DNA of 64,000 nucleotides from NCBI GenBank assembly GCA_030265305.1, contig JASAOG010000080.1:1810630-1874629 (forward strand), written 5' to 3'. The stretch is from Biomphalaria pfeifferi (lineage: Eukaryota). Shown here in pieces: positions 48,216 through 61,320 of the stretch (its first letter is position 1; every line of letters begins with the position of its first letter). Both the position numbers and the translations under genes were made by a program. Below the pieces are notes generated by a model, which was given only the letters and a program-made list of their open reading frames with translations, was not told the DNA's origin and ran no database searches.

Positions 48216-51200
48216 ATGCATCCAGCAAATCTTCTTTATTTCCAGTGCATGGAAAGGATATTCTTGAGTCAGACAAATAAAAGACAATGGATAGTTGTTG
48301 AACTTGGTTCTGAAAATCTCCTAGTGTGAAATATTTGCGTAATTTAACACAAGCTTATTTTAACTCTTATCCTATAATTGTCCAAGCTGTATGTAATATA
48401 CAGGGTTAACGAAAAAATCCCAGTACACAAAAGTATATGATGCATTGCATTGTTTATTACTGTAAGAAAACTGGTATCTGACAATTATTTTTATTTTTAA
48501 TTTTTTTTTTCCAATCTGTTTAGTTGACCCTGTGTTGGAAACATGAGGCAATTTAAACTCGATATATTATACCAGTAATCAAAGTGTTTGAAACAATTGG
48601 AAAGAATTAGACTTCAATTTTAAAACTGTTTTTTTTTTCAGAAGCAAGGGAATAATTAATTCAGGAATTTCATGCTTTCTGAGAATTTAATTGGCTTTTT
48701 AAAACATCAGTCCTCAAATTAAAAATTTACCCCATTCTTCTCCTGCTTTAGTATTTGATCCATCTTTTAATCACTGAAAATCAGGCAGCCAATAGCGTTG
48801 TTCAAGTAAACACCAATGCTTTAAAATGGCATGAAATAAAGATATATCTTAATTCTGTGTCTAATTTCTGCCGATTTCTTGATGATATTAAAAAGCAACA
48901 ACAAAAAAAAAAGACTTAAATTTGTTTTTCTGTTTTGAATATTAAGGTGCTAATTTCAACAACTGTCAAGTTTTTATTTATTTTGTAATTGTTTTTTAGC
49001 AGCCTCCATAGAGAAAAACTGCTTCTGTGTTTGTGCTTTTTGTCATAGTTAAATCTCAAGCACCAAAGGTTTATTGAAAATCAGATTTTACCACCCTTTT
49101 CCTTGTGCTTATAATCTTTTTAATGGCTATGTTTGGTCTTCCAAGAGCATGTTTGTGTATTATTCACATATGTGTAAATCGTTTAAAAAAACAAGGTGAA
49201 AAATATAGTCTCTGCTTTAAAAAGAAATGTCCTCTATAAAAATCAATACTCCAGTCTTCAACATGCACTTCATCGATACAGCAGCTACTTACTTGCCTTC
49301 TGATTTTGAAAATTAGTAACACATTTTTATACATAAAAGTAAAACCATATTAAAATCAAGAAAAAGCAACTAATGATCTTTTTTCATTAATGCTTTAAGT
49401 TAAGCAAACACATGGCGAAAGTTTATTGTGGCCTTTTGCGTTCTTTATATATCCATTTACTTTTTTTTTTCTTAAAAAAAAATGAAAAAGGGACTTTGTA
49501 TTATTATTGTATTGCATAGCTGCATGCAATCTATATATTATTTTAGGTGCTCTTTACTATTCATTTAGTTCATTTGAACAGTATCCATCCACACTGTTTG
49601 GTTTGGTTTCTTAAGTTAGATACAAATTCTTCTGATATAATTATTATTCTACTTCATTTATTTTTTTATTATCTACTCAGTAATACACATTTTATAGGTA
49701 TGTTGATATAAGATGCACTTGCCAGGACGTTGCTTCAAAAAAGAAGATATATAAAAAAGTGTGACAAAGAACCTCATTATTTTTCTCCTACAAAGTCTGT
49801 TAATGATAATGATTGCCTTCTAGTGACAATTTATGGTCACTTGTGAATTTGACTAGATGTAAGTTTGTATGTGTTGCACCAGGATGTTTTGGCATTATTT
49901 AAATTCAAATGGAGATTAGTTGGGTTTTTTTTGTTGTTGTTTTTTTTGTTTACATTTAATAGAGACTGGAGTCAATATTTTTTTTTAAATTTATATAAAT
50001 AATTTAATGAATCTCTTTTCTCAAACCAAAAAAAAATAAAAAGGTTTTAACTTCTAACTTGATGTTTGATCAACCTTTTATTTCACTTTTATTTCTTTGT
50101 AGATGTGTTTCTATGAAATCTGTATACAAAAAAAAAAATATTTTTCTTTGCTTTAAAACCAAGGATTTTAGGTAGAGACTCTTGTTTTTGTTTACAATTT
50201 TAGGATATTCATCCATCTTATACGAATGCCTTTTTAGTAGCACTTAAGAGGTTGATTTTCATGCTTGCCACATGGCATTCTAAAAAAATAATTTGTAGAC
50301 AACTGTGTAACTTAACTGAAACTGACATTTTAAATTAGAAAAAATAAACTTTATCCTCTTCTTTTTCCTCTTGGTCAGATCTAGTCAGTATTTAAAGAGT
50401 TTATTTAAATATTCAAGGAGACTTTTTTACTAGTTTACTAAAGCAAATAGATTTAAGTGAAATTACACATAAATATATATATATATATATATATATAAAA
50501 CAAATGTATAATTTCACATGGCCTATACAAGGGAACACTAGTTATCAAAGCTAATTTTTGGCTTTAATAATAATAATTATTTTAAAACAAAAAAGCTAAA
50601 TGAGGCAAGTTTTCCTTTTTCACACTTTTAATGATATAAGAAATCTAAAAGGATAGTTGTGACGCTTTTAATGTGGATATTTTTTTTTTCAGGATTTAAA
50701 ACACAGAAGTATAGCTGTGCACATATTGCACATTGATTTATTATTTGACTCAATTTAATATAAAGTATTGATCTACTTTTTCTATTTTTGTCCACCAACT
50801 CAAAGACAGTACAGAATTGATATGTACATAGGTTCCACTTCAAATGTAAATACATTTACTTCTCTTACAAAAAAAAAGTGGCTAGCTTAATTATTGTGAT
50901 TCAGTCACATGGCGATAATTTTTGTTAGCTGTATAAATTTATTTTTGATTTTATGAGTTGTGAGTTGTTTTTTTTTTTTGTTTGTTTTTTTAATCATGTT
51001 TTATCAGTAATGCCATTTTGTTACTATTTTTTTTTTTGTGAAGAGCCACATTAACAGTTGGGGTTTCTAGCAGTGTTACAATAATAATGACTTGCAAATG
51101 TATTTTTCATTAATTTGTTTTCTTAACTGTGATTGTGAATCTTAACTATTTGTGAATTTTGTTACACTTTCATAAACCCCTGTCCATTTTAAACAAGGGT

Positions 51201-53639
51201 TGTTATCTTGATTGATTGGTACAAAAATACTTGCTCTTTCAAACCAGTAATGTATTTTTTAACTTAATTTTTATTCTTGCAAGCATTAAAAATGTAACGG
51301 GCCTGTATTTGTATTTTATATTTTTGCATCAACACCACCCTTAAGATATTGGGACTAGTATATTATACAGAATTTATTGCTATGAAGCTTGCTTAGTATT
51401 AAATAAGCAAGGTATTTTATTTCATAGTGCTATGGTGTTGATGGATTTGGGGGTTCTATAGAAAAGTTATAACTGTTAAAGGATTCAGTCAACAGCATGT
51501 CTTGATTGAAGCAGTATTTCTCGGAATCAAAGATGATTATCAAGTGTGGCTTATTGTGGAGAGACCACATTTTTTTCATTCATTGTATCTCACTGAAACA
51601 AACATGGCTACTTGAATTTTTGAAGCCATCTTGTGATTCAGTGCATGAAATCATTCCTGATACAAGAAAGGGTTTTAAAATTGTCACAAAAAGATACCTT
51701 TATATTGGATTTGCAAGTTTAGTAAATAAAAAGTTGTCACAATAAGAGAAAATAAATTAGTACATGCTGACTTAGCCGGTTGTCTCATCGCTCAGAATGA
51801 TATTTTTTATCAAAATGTTCTCATTTGGGACAAGTTGGGGGAAAGGGGCTTTTACGGCTGAAATGAAAAGATCAGATTTCTGGGTAAAATAATTTGTACA
51901 TTCAGGAAATCAGAATGTGACCTTAAGTCAACTTTTGTTTATTCTAGTAAAAAAACTTTTTGATGATGGATGGTGACCAACATAACCTCAGCATTTCTTT
52001 AAATAGAAGTAAATGCAAATAAAAAAAAACACAATATTACATTGTACATGTTTTGTTTATGAAGTTTATTATTGAGATATAAACTTTTCTACCTTAAAAA
52101 ATCTGTCCTTTATTTGCTTGTCTGTATCTGTCAAAAAGTAATATTTTTTTTGTTTTTTTTTTAAATTCAGCTTTTGTGTTTTAATACTATTTCTTTTGCT
52201 GTCTTGATTAAAATAAGCTTTTTATCTGTAATAATTAATTTATGATTTTTGGCAAACTCAGGTTTATTTCTCTATGCAGCAAAAAAATAATTTTTTTTTT
52301 CCACCATATTATCTTCTTATCTTGTACAGACGTTACTTCAAAAAATGTTCCAATTAAAAATATAGTTTTTGAAAAACTACACAAAATTCAGTTTACATGA
52401 AGAAAATTTAATTACGTTTTTGTTTTAAATAGTGTTTTGCTTTTATAACTGAATTTTAGTGCTTCATTGTTACTTAATCATTTTAGGGCAATTAAGATGT
52501 ATGCATTTTAATTTTTTTTTTGTATATGGTGCTTATCATAGGCTATTAGATTAGTTCTATTTTTCTTTAGTTATTTTCATCTTATGCAGCTTTTTTTCTT
52601 AACACAATTAACCTACTTAAGTGTATGCTGAACACCCACTCAATAAACAATTTTGTGAATTAATAGATTAAAAAATAAAATAAAGAATTCTTTGGATTTG
52701 TTTTAAACATGGTTACATTCAGCCATTTTGTTTTAAACCTCAGTAGCATTAGAATAAATAATCTCTGTATTTAACTTGTCCCTGTAGTTTGCTGTACAGT
52801 TATGTGGTTGACTATTTAATATACGGCATCAATCACACACACACACATAAAATATCAACAAACTATTGATAGTGTAAATCCTTATTGACCGTGACATTTA
52901 GTTGGTTGTGAATATGCTTTGTTGACGGGAAAGCGCAAAAAGGGTTGTCTTTCAGTGAAAACTTTTCTTTCATTGTTTCTGTACCGGTATCTGAAAAAGG
53001 TGCGAGCAACTATGAAGTAACAGCAGCTGGAGAAAGCTCTGTTCATATGCATTTCATCTATTTCTTATTTCAAAATATTTTTTTTAAAGCAAAACAAATC
53101 ATAGATTTTTTTTTATGACAGTTCAGTAGTACTGTTATAATTTTGGTTTATAAATTGTGTGTACTCATCATGAGCACCCCCCTCCCACTCAATTAATTTT
53201 TTTTATCTAGTGTACATATACAGTTTTTTTGTCATGTTGATTATTCAGGAATGGCACTAGGTATACCCCATTGCATTTGTTTTACTTCAGTTAGTTACTG
53301 GAGATATGTGTTATAGACATAATCCTAAACCATTGTGTTGCTTTTTTCATTATGTGATTGGAGATGGATTATTTGCACACAATCCTAAACATTGAAAATC
53401 AAAATGTTTTTTTTTATTTTCCTTTCTTTTAAAACTGTGGAGATGACAAGCTTTGATTTGTGCCAATTGTATATAATTTGAGAATGTATCTGTTTAGGTG
53501 GTCCAATGAAGTGCCTGTGGACCTGGAAATTACAAACTTAATTTTTTTGTGTGTGTTAATATTTCAGTCTCATTAAATTAAATTGGAAGAATAATGTGTA
53601 CGTTTTTTTGTTTTTATTTTTAACTAGCATTACCCACCA

Positions 53640-54260
53640 GCTTCACTGTTGATTTTTTCCCAGGACCCCCTGCTATTTTTTCTTACTCTTAACAATATAA
53701 TGATATGAAGTTAAACGCTCCCCCATACATTTCTTTGACCATCTAATTCTAGCATCTATTACAGAAAACGATTTACAAAAGGTTAATAAGACTAATAGCA
53801 ATGTATGCAAGTGAGACCCGGTCACTGATAAAGACAACCGAAAATCTTCTGAATACTTGAGAGCAAAAAAATTCTAAATTCTTTTTAAAAACCTATGGTG
53901 CTATATAAGATGAAACAGGGTGGATGGCACGCATTAACCATGAGATGTATCAATTGATTGAAGACCCACCGATAGTGACAGAAATTGAAAAAAGAACAAA
54001 CTACGTTGGGCAGGTCACCTTGGAAGAATGTCAGACAACAGAGGAGCGAAAATTGTATACCGGCAAAAATCAAAGGCAGACCCCGAATGCGATGGATTGA
54101 TGATGTGGAGGCAGATCTACAACTGCTTGGGTTATGGCGTGGAGAAGAAAGGCTCAGGAGAGATCTGAATGGTGAGATGTGTTAAAGCAGGCCAGAGCCA
54201 GCCATGGACTGTAGCGCCACTGGGGTGGATGGACGGATTACATTGAATCGGACCAGCCCG
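53640..54260 (+). mobile_element. RTE-like LINE ORF2 C-terminal fragment (frameshifted) abutting array 2
   Basis: ORF 53985-54185: ...KIKGRPRMRWIDDVEADLQLLGLWRGEERLRRDLNGEMC is the canonical GRPR.RW.DD...DL tail. Confidence 0.65.
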
Positions 54261-54349
54261 TAAATTCGAGTATCACATCTCCTCCACTCCACCCCCACAA
54301 CTTTCATCCATTACAAGTCTTTTTTTCAATTTCGGCAGATGACTATTCA

Positions 54350-55288
54350 CTGTACTTTATTAATGGGGCTCAGTCACCGGTAGAAATTTGTAACCTCTCT
54401 TGGCTACGCTCATGGAATTAGGTGACTGTAGTTTGCTTTAGATTTTATATCGAAAATGGAAGTTAATCGTCAAAATCAACTGATTTGGGGGGGGGGAGGG
54501 TTTAAACTAAAAAATCTCTGGATTTTTTTTTTAACAAATTCAAAATCACCTTAGCTACGCTCATAGAATTTGGTGACTGTAGTTTGCTTTAGAATAATAT
54601 TGAAGAAAGAGGTTTTCAAACTCAAAATTCTCTGTAGGTTTTTTTTTTTAAACTTTAAAAAAAGCCCTCTGGAGGGAGGGGATTTAAACTCAAAACCCCC
54701 TTTGGCTCATAGCTTTTTAAATGCGTAATTTGCTTTTTTTTTTTATATTTAAGAGGTATTTTTTAGCTTCAAACCCCGTCGAAGGGGGGGGGGGGTAAAA
54801 TTAATTTTATATAATACAGAAGTTTTTTTCAAAAAAGAAGATGATTACGTCCTACGCGTAATGGCTACGCTCATAGCATTTTAAATGCGTAATTTTCTTT
54901 TTTATTATATTGAAGAGGTATATTTTTTCTATTCAAACTCCGCTGGAGGAGATTTAAACACAAAATGCCCTTCGGCTACGCTCATATTGCTATTTTTTAT
55001 ATTAAATAGGTGTTTTTTTTAGCTGCAAACTCCGCTGGAAGGGGGTTTTAAACAAAACCCATCTTTGCTACGCTCATAGAGTCAGGTGACTGATGTATGA
55101 ATAGTCTTATATTGAAGAGGAGGTTTTATCGTAAATTTCGGAGAGGGTTAAAATCAGAATCTTCCTTAGCTATGCTCTTGGAATTTGGGGATTGTCGTTT
55201 ACATTTTTTTCTTTTGTTTTATAGAAGAGGGGTGTTTAACTGCAACACCCCCCGGTAGGGGTGTTTTAAACTCAAAACCCCCTTAGCT
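54350..55288 (-). repeat. Minisatellite array 2 (same family as array 1, inverse orientation)
   Basis: Units ...ggctacgctcatag.attt.aaatgcgtaatttgc...aaactc are the reverse complement of the array-1 units. The boundary segment 54360-54460 is near-identical to the reverse complement of 43350-43450. Confidence 0.85.
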
Positions 55289-58190
55289 GCGCTGGGGCAA
55301 GTGATGGTCTAGTAAAATAGTCACTGAAAAGTTTTAATGTAGGCTATTTTGACAATGTTCATTCGATTTTAGCTTGTTGTTTATGGTTGTACCTAAATCA
55401 GGAGCGGACTGGCTATACCGGCATTCGGGCTAATGCCCGGTGGGCCGGTACCAAAATGAGTCGCCAGAGCCATCGAAAGGGCAGCATGAATGTAATAAAG
55501 TTTTAAAAGTTTTATATTCTCTTATAAAAGTAACCCTTTAAGAGTCGTGCTTTTTTAAAAATTTGTACAGACTCTACAGGTTAATACTTATTTAATCTAA
55601 CAAATTTTCTAAAATAATGTAATAGCCTACATCCGTAGACATTAGTAGGCTCCATCATTTTATAGCCTACACACTTAGCGATTAAAAAGCCTATGTTTCT
55701 TATAAAGATATAGAGTTCACTGTATGCATGCGTACAGTTATCGATACATTATCAAACTTAACATAATGACTTTGAGGACATGTCAGACTGGTGGCCGGTC
55801 ATTTCATCCTTGGTTACTTCATGCCGGACACCTCATCCCCAGTCATTTCATCCCCAATTAAATTTTGTTTTCTTTGTCATTGTGTAATTGTGCTGTTAAA
55901 TCTTTGCCTTTAAGTCCTTATTTCATCTAATAGGCTATAAACATAGTTTGTTTAAAATACCTTTTTATATTTTTGACTTGTTATTATAGTTTTTATAGTG
56001 TTTCCCCTTCTCTCTTCAGACTTGTTGAGAAATGAAAGAATATATTTCAATAAGTAGATCTATTGTAATGCGGAGTTTTGTATTTAGTTATATTGTTTCT
56101 GTTTCTTGTAGGGATGTCAATATTATCCTGCGCATATAGCGTGATCAAAGCCCAAGGTGTGGTGGAAGGAAAAATCTTTTGAGAGATAGAAGAACAATTT
56201 GAATAATTATGATCACGCCGCTCTGCGCTCATGATTTATCATCAAAGTCCAAGGTGCGCTGGGGCAAGTGATGGTCTAGTAAAATAGTCACTGAAAAGTT
56301 TTAATGTAGGCTATTTTGACAATGTTCATTCGATTTTAGCTTGTTGTTTATGGTTGTACCTAAATCAGGAGCGGACTGGCTATACCGGCATTCGGGCTAA
56401 TGCCCGGTGGGCCGGTACCAAAATGAGTCGCCAGAGCCATCGAAAGGGCAGCATGAATGTAATAAAGTTTTAAAAGTTTTATATTCTCTTATAAAAGTAA
56501 CCCTTTAAGAGTCGTGCTTTTTTAAAAATTTGTACAGACTCTACAGGTTAATACTTATTTAATCTAACAAATTTTCTAAAATAATGTAATAGCCTACATC
56601 CGTAGACATTAGTAGGCTCCATCATTTTATAGCCTACACACTTAGCGATTAAAAAGCCTATGTTTCTTATAAAGATATAGAGTTCACTGTATGCATGCGT
56701 ACAGTTATCGATACATTATCAAACTTAACATAATGACTTTGAGGACATGTCAGACTGGTGGCCGGTCATTTCATCCTTGGTTACTTCATGCCGGACACCT
56801 CATCCCCAGTCATTTCATCCCCAATTAAATTTTGTTTTCTTTGTCATTGTGTAATTGTGCTGTTAAATCTTTGCCTTTAAGTCCTTATTTCATCTAATAG
56901 GCTATAAACATAGTTTGTTTAAAATACCTTTTTATATTTTTGACTTGTTATTATAGTTTTTATAGTGTTTCCCCTTCTCTCTTCAGACTTGTTGAGAAAT
57001 GAAAGAATATATTTCAATAAGTAGATCTATTGTAATGCGGAGTTTTGTATTTAGTTATATTGTTTCTGTTTCTTGTAGGGATGTCAATATTATCCTGCGC
57101 ATATAGCGTGATCAAAGCCCAAGGTGTGGTGGAAGGAAAAATCTTTTGAGAGATAGAAGAACAATTTGAATAATTATGATCACGCCGCTCTGCGCTCATG
57201 ATTTATCATCAAAGTCCAAGGTGCGCTGGGGCAAGTGATGGTCTAGTAAAATAGTCACTGAAAAGTTTTAATGTAGGCTATTTTGACAATGTTCATTCGA
57301 TTTTAGCTTGTTGTTTATGGTTGTACCTAAATCAGGAGCGGACTGGCTATACCGGCATTCGGGCTAATGCCCGGTGGGCCGGTACCAAAATGAGTCGCCA
57401 GAGCCATCGAAAGGGCAGCATGAATGTAATAAAGTTTTAAAAGTTTTATATTCTCTTATAAAAGTAACCCTTTAAGAGTCGTGCTTTTTTAAAAATTTGT
57501 ACAGACTCTACAGGTTAATACTTATTTAATCTAACAAATTTTCTAAAATAATGTAATAGCCTACATCCGTAGACATTAGTAGGCTCCATCATTTTATAGC
57601 CTACACACTTAGCGATTAAAAAGCCTATGTTTCTTATAAAGATATAGAGTTCACTGTATGCATGCGTACAGTTATCGATACATTATCAAACTTAACATAA
57701 TGACTTTGAGGACATGTCAGACTGGTGGCCGGTCATTTCATCCTTGGTTACTTCATGCCGGACACCTCATCCCCAGTCATTTCATCCCCAATTAAATTTT
57801 GTTTTCTTTGTCATTGTGTAATTGTGCTGTTAAATCTTTGCCTTTAAGTCCTTATTTCATCTAATAGGCTATAAACATAGTTTGTTTAAAATACCTTTTT
57901 ATATTTTTGACTTGTTATTATAGTTTTTATAGTGTTTCCCCTTCTCTCTTCAGACTTGTTGAGAAATGAAAGAATATATTTCAATAAGTAGATCTATTGT
58001 AATGCGGAGTTTTGTATTTAGTTATATTGTTTCTGTTTCTTGTAGGGATGTCAATATTATCCTGCGCATATAGCGTGATCAAAGCCCAAGGTGTGGTGGA
58101 AGGAAAAATCTTTTGAGAGATAGAAGAACAATTTGAATAATTATGATCACGCCGCTCTGCGCTCATGATTTATCATCAAAGTCCAAGGTG
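55288..58190 (+). repeat. Macrosatellite: 967-bp unit in 3.0 near-identical tandem copies
   Basis: Unit starts (tgcgctggggcaagtgatggtctag) at 55288, 56255 and 57222. Identical 61-aa minus ORFs recur at 967-bp spacing. Array ends at an internal sub-repeat around 58190. Confidence 0.95.
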
Positions 58191-58549
58191 TGGTGGAAGT
58201 AGTGGAAATCTTTTGAGAGATGAGAACGATTAGTATACTTATGATCTTGCCGCTAATAACTTATCTCACTTTATTTGTCAATCGTTCTTTCTTAAATATG
58301 AGCGTGTCATTTTAAACCCAAATATAACGTTTTATTTATTCTAATAAATGCTGAGTTTAAGAAATACGCAACACTTGCCAAGAAATTATAAATGATGTAC
58401 AGCAATACGAATCAAAGAATCGTCTTCTGTATCTACTAGTAATAGATTATCTTATTGATTTCAATTAACACGCAAAAACAATTTTTACGTTAGCTCTATA
58501 TCTATAAATGTTTTTTTTTTAAATTTTTAATGACATTATATTCTAATTT

Positions 58550-60000
58550 ATTAATGTGTAATTCTTTTTGTCATATAAATAAAAATAAATCTATGAAATA
58601 TTGTTAATTTCATACTTTTTACAATTATTATTTGATGGATTAGAGGATGAAATGACCAGGGAATGAAGTGACCAGGGGATGAAATGCCCGGGAACTGTCT
58701 GACTATTGAATGCCCATCATATGATATACAATGCTCAGGTCGATTTTGACACCCAGTCCGCCTCTGACCTAGATGTTTATATTCTTTCACTTGGTCTACT
58801 GTTTGGTTGTTGATCTTAATCTCTGCAATATATTCTTAATGTTCTACAATCATTTCTTAAGCTTCATGAAAATTCAAAAGTCTATGCTTCATTGGTAGAA
58901 AAGTGTTAATTGTTCAATGGTACAGACTGTGTTGTCATCTGCGTTAAAGCTGATGATGGATGTGTCCTCAGCCAAGTTAAGGATGGAAATATCCAAAACT
59001 GGTGAAAGAAACAACAAGACATGACCATTCCCTTTTATATATTGTGGGCATTTTATCAGAATGTTTAGCTCCACGCTTGCGTATGTTTGTTAATATTAAA
59101 ATCAGATAACTTTTTTTTATGTCGTTGAGAAGTCAAAGAATAATAGGCCTACTCTAAAATCGTTTTTCTGAATGTCAAGATGATGGTATAGACTATCCAG
59201 CATCTTTGGTACTTCTTGATGGTTTGTATGCAAAATGGTGAGGGTCGATGTGTTTCTTCTTCCAATAATAATAATTTTTCCAAGCACTTCATTAAAATCG
59301 GGACATAGGTCTTTGTTAGAAACAATGATTTTTTTTTGGGGGGTACTGGTATTATTTCTGATGTCTTACAAATTGTAGATATTTTGTGCATTTTTGCTAG
59401 GACCTGTTGACTATACCACTGGAGACAGCTGTTCCCAAAAACGCTTTACTAGCTTCCTACCTAATTTGTCGGGTAGCAAGGCTTTGGTTGTGTTTGTTTG
59501 AACATTTTTAACTTTCTAGTGTAACAAACAATTCTTACGATTGGTTTAAGTTGATGTTGTCAAAGTTGTGGCAGTAAAAATAACTGTGAAATCATTTAAT
59601 TCGTTTACAATTTTTTTTTGTCAGCAACACTCTCTTAGCCAGTAATTTGTTTCAAGCAAACTCAACAAGTTATTTTTCTGGAAAAAGCTTTAAATTTTTT
59701 TGCTAAAATATATTTCTTCAAATAATTTCTTTTTAAGAGGTTTATTGGCTGACATGAATTAAAAAGGACTGCATTTGAACATTCTTTAATATAGTATCAC
59801 ATCCTTGATTTCTTTGGTCATCCAAAGTTTATTATTACTGAATGTTCTAATTGTCTTTTTGTGGATATAAGAATTGACGGTTGTGGTAAGTTCAACTATT
59901 TCAGGGCAGTTGTCAACAAAAATATCCCAATATGTCTGCACAAGACAACTTTTTAACTGCAAAATAGCATCGTCAGACCCAGACTGGATGGACTGCAATT
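58550..60000 (-). mobile_element. Degraded non-LTR (CR1/jockey-like) reverse-transcriptase fragment
   Basis: Minus ORFs in order: ...SNNKLWMTKEIKD (NKPWF-like linker), ...IIPVPKKK...RP (RT domain), ...ISFNADDNTV (F/YADD motif C), ...EYKHLGQ (KYLG-like). Many stops. Confidence 0.55.
58620..58800 (-). repeat. Partial inverted copy of the 967-bp unit
   Basis: ggatgaaatgaccagggaatgaagtgaccaggggatgaaatgcccgg... is roughly the reverse complement of the unit segment ccggtcatttcatccttggttacttcatgccggacacctcatcccc. It also shares cagtccgc...tcgattttg. Confidence 0.5.
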
Positions 60001-60960
60001 TGGATTTTGCTGTTTTTAAAACTCCTTTGTGGGTCTAAGATGGAACATTGTGTGGTGTAACTTTCCAATGGGAAATAATGTTTGAGATGTAAAGGCCTAT
60101 TTTATGTTGCTGTAATAAGTCTAGAGTTCTATCTTGCCATGCAGGACAATGAACATAATAACTAAATGTCAGCCAGTGCTTAGTTATTGAAAAAATAGTT
60201 GAAATCTCACATAACTAATCGAACAGAATCAGGGCTTTTGTTTCAATATCATGTACAATGTCTAGTGTCTGGGATATATTCTGTTGCTTTCAGTTAAGAG
60301 TTGAAATTAAATGATGGGGATATTTAAAAGGGCTTCAACATATACCTACAATGTAGCACAGGATCTAATTAAATGATCAGGTCGGGGTGACATTTACTTT
60401 CATACAAATTAAAAAGAACTTTAGTTTTAAATGAAAATATTTAATTATGAACAAAATTTCAGAAAAGAAGTTGAAAATGTACAAAAATATACAATTTTTG
60501 TGTGTGTAAAAGTTGAATATCTTACATAGACTTACATTGTTATGTAATCTGACCGCTGCAGGCTTTTTAAATCTGACTTATTTTTTATTATTTTTCTATG
60601 CAATCTTCAAGCTATTTATATAGAATATATATTGACAACAACATTCTTAAAGATAATTCTTAAAAATTAATTTTCTTTATTATTGAAAGATCTGTTCCCA
60701 TATCTTGTATCCATTACCAAGGATGATGAAGATTTGGGGATGTTTTTTTTTTAATAAGTTGTAGACAATTTTATTAATATTGACAAATCACAAAAAAAAA
60801 GTTTTAAAAAAATTAAAAATTCTATGGACTTTTAAAGTAATACAATTCTTCATTTTCACAAACTGTTTGTCGTGCGCATTTGAAGTTTTTCTTAGCATTT
60901 AATATTAGTGTTTCAGCGTATAGGAAGTAGTTTATTGTGTGTTTTGTTGTCTAGAATATT

Positions 60961-60980
60961 GTGTGTGTGTGTGTGTGTGT
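60961..60980. repeat. (GT)10 microsatellite
   Basis: gtgtgtgtgtgtgtgtgtgt immediately 5' of a CpG-rich block. Confidence 0.95.
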
Positions 60981-61320
60981 TTACGTCATCCTTAGTTTCC
61001 GCAAGAGAGAGAGAGCTGCTTTTTTGAGCTGGTTTTTTGGTTCCCCTTGTAAGGGTATGTAAGTACATAGTTTTATTAAGTACGCTGATCTTTCGGTACG
61101 GGTGTCGCTATTGAAAAGTTCTTTCTTGTAGCGGCAGCGCTAGATCTAGGTTTTCTTTTCGTTTCAGGGTGTTAGGTTTGGGCTATGGGAAAGTGTGTCG
61201 TCTTTCTGCCCTTGGAGTTGTGTAGCAACTATCGGTGTTGAGGTGTAGGGAGTTGAGCTTCTGTTGGGCGCCGAGATGGAGTGTGAGTGTGAAGGTGTGT
61301 TACGGAAACCTGTTGGTGTG
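60975..61320 (+). promoter_or_regulatory. CpG-rich island (candidate promoter/TSS, strand unknown)
   Basis: Multiple CpGs (tacgtca, tcggtacgggtgtcgc, gcggcagcgc, gggcgccgagatgg) in about 350 bp flanked by AT-rich DNA. CRE-like ttacgtca at 60981. Confidence 0.35.

Noticed and set aside
56047-58166. Three identical 61-aa minus-strand ORFs (MSAERRDHNYSNCSS...)
   Set aside because: Identity is a consequence of the 967-bp tandem repeat. The sequence is short, has no domain, and the frame is not preserved beyond the unit. No coding evidence.
42440-58190. Tandem repeat arrays as CRISPR
   Set aside because: Eukaryotic context: spliceosomal introns, LINE/SINE content. Units are 30-967 bp without unique spacers and there are no cas genes.
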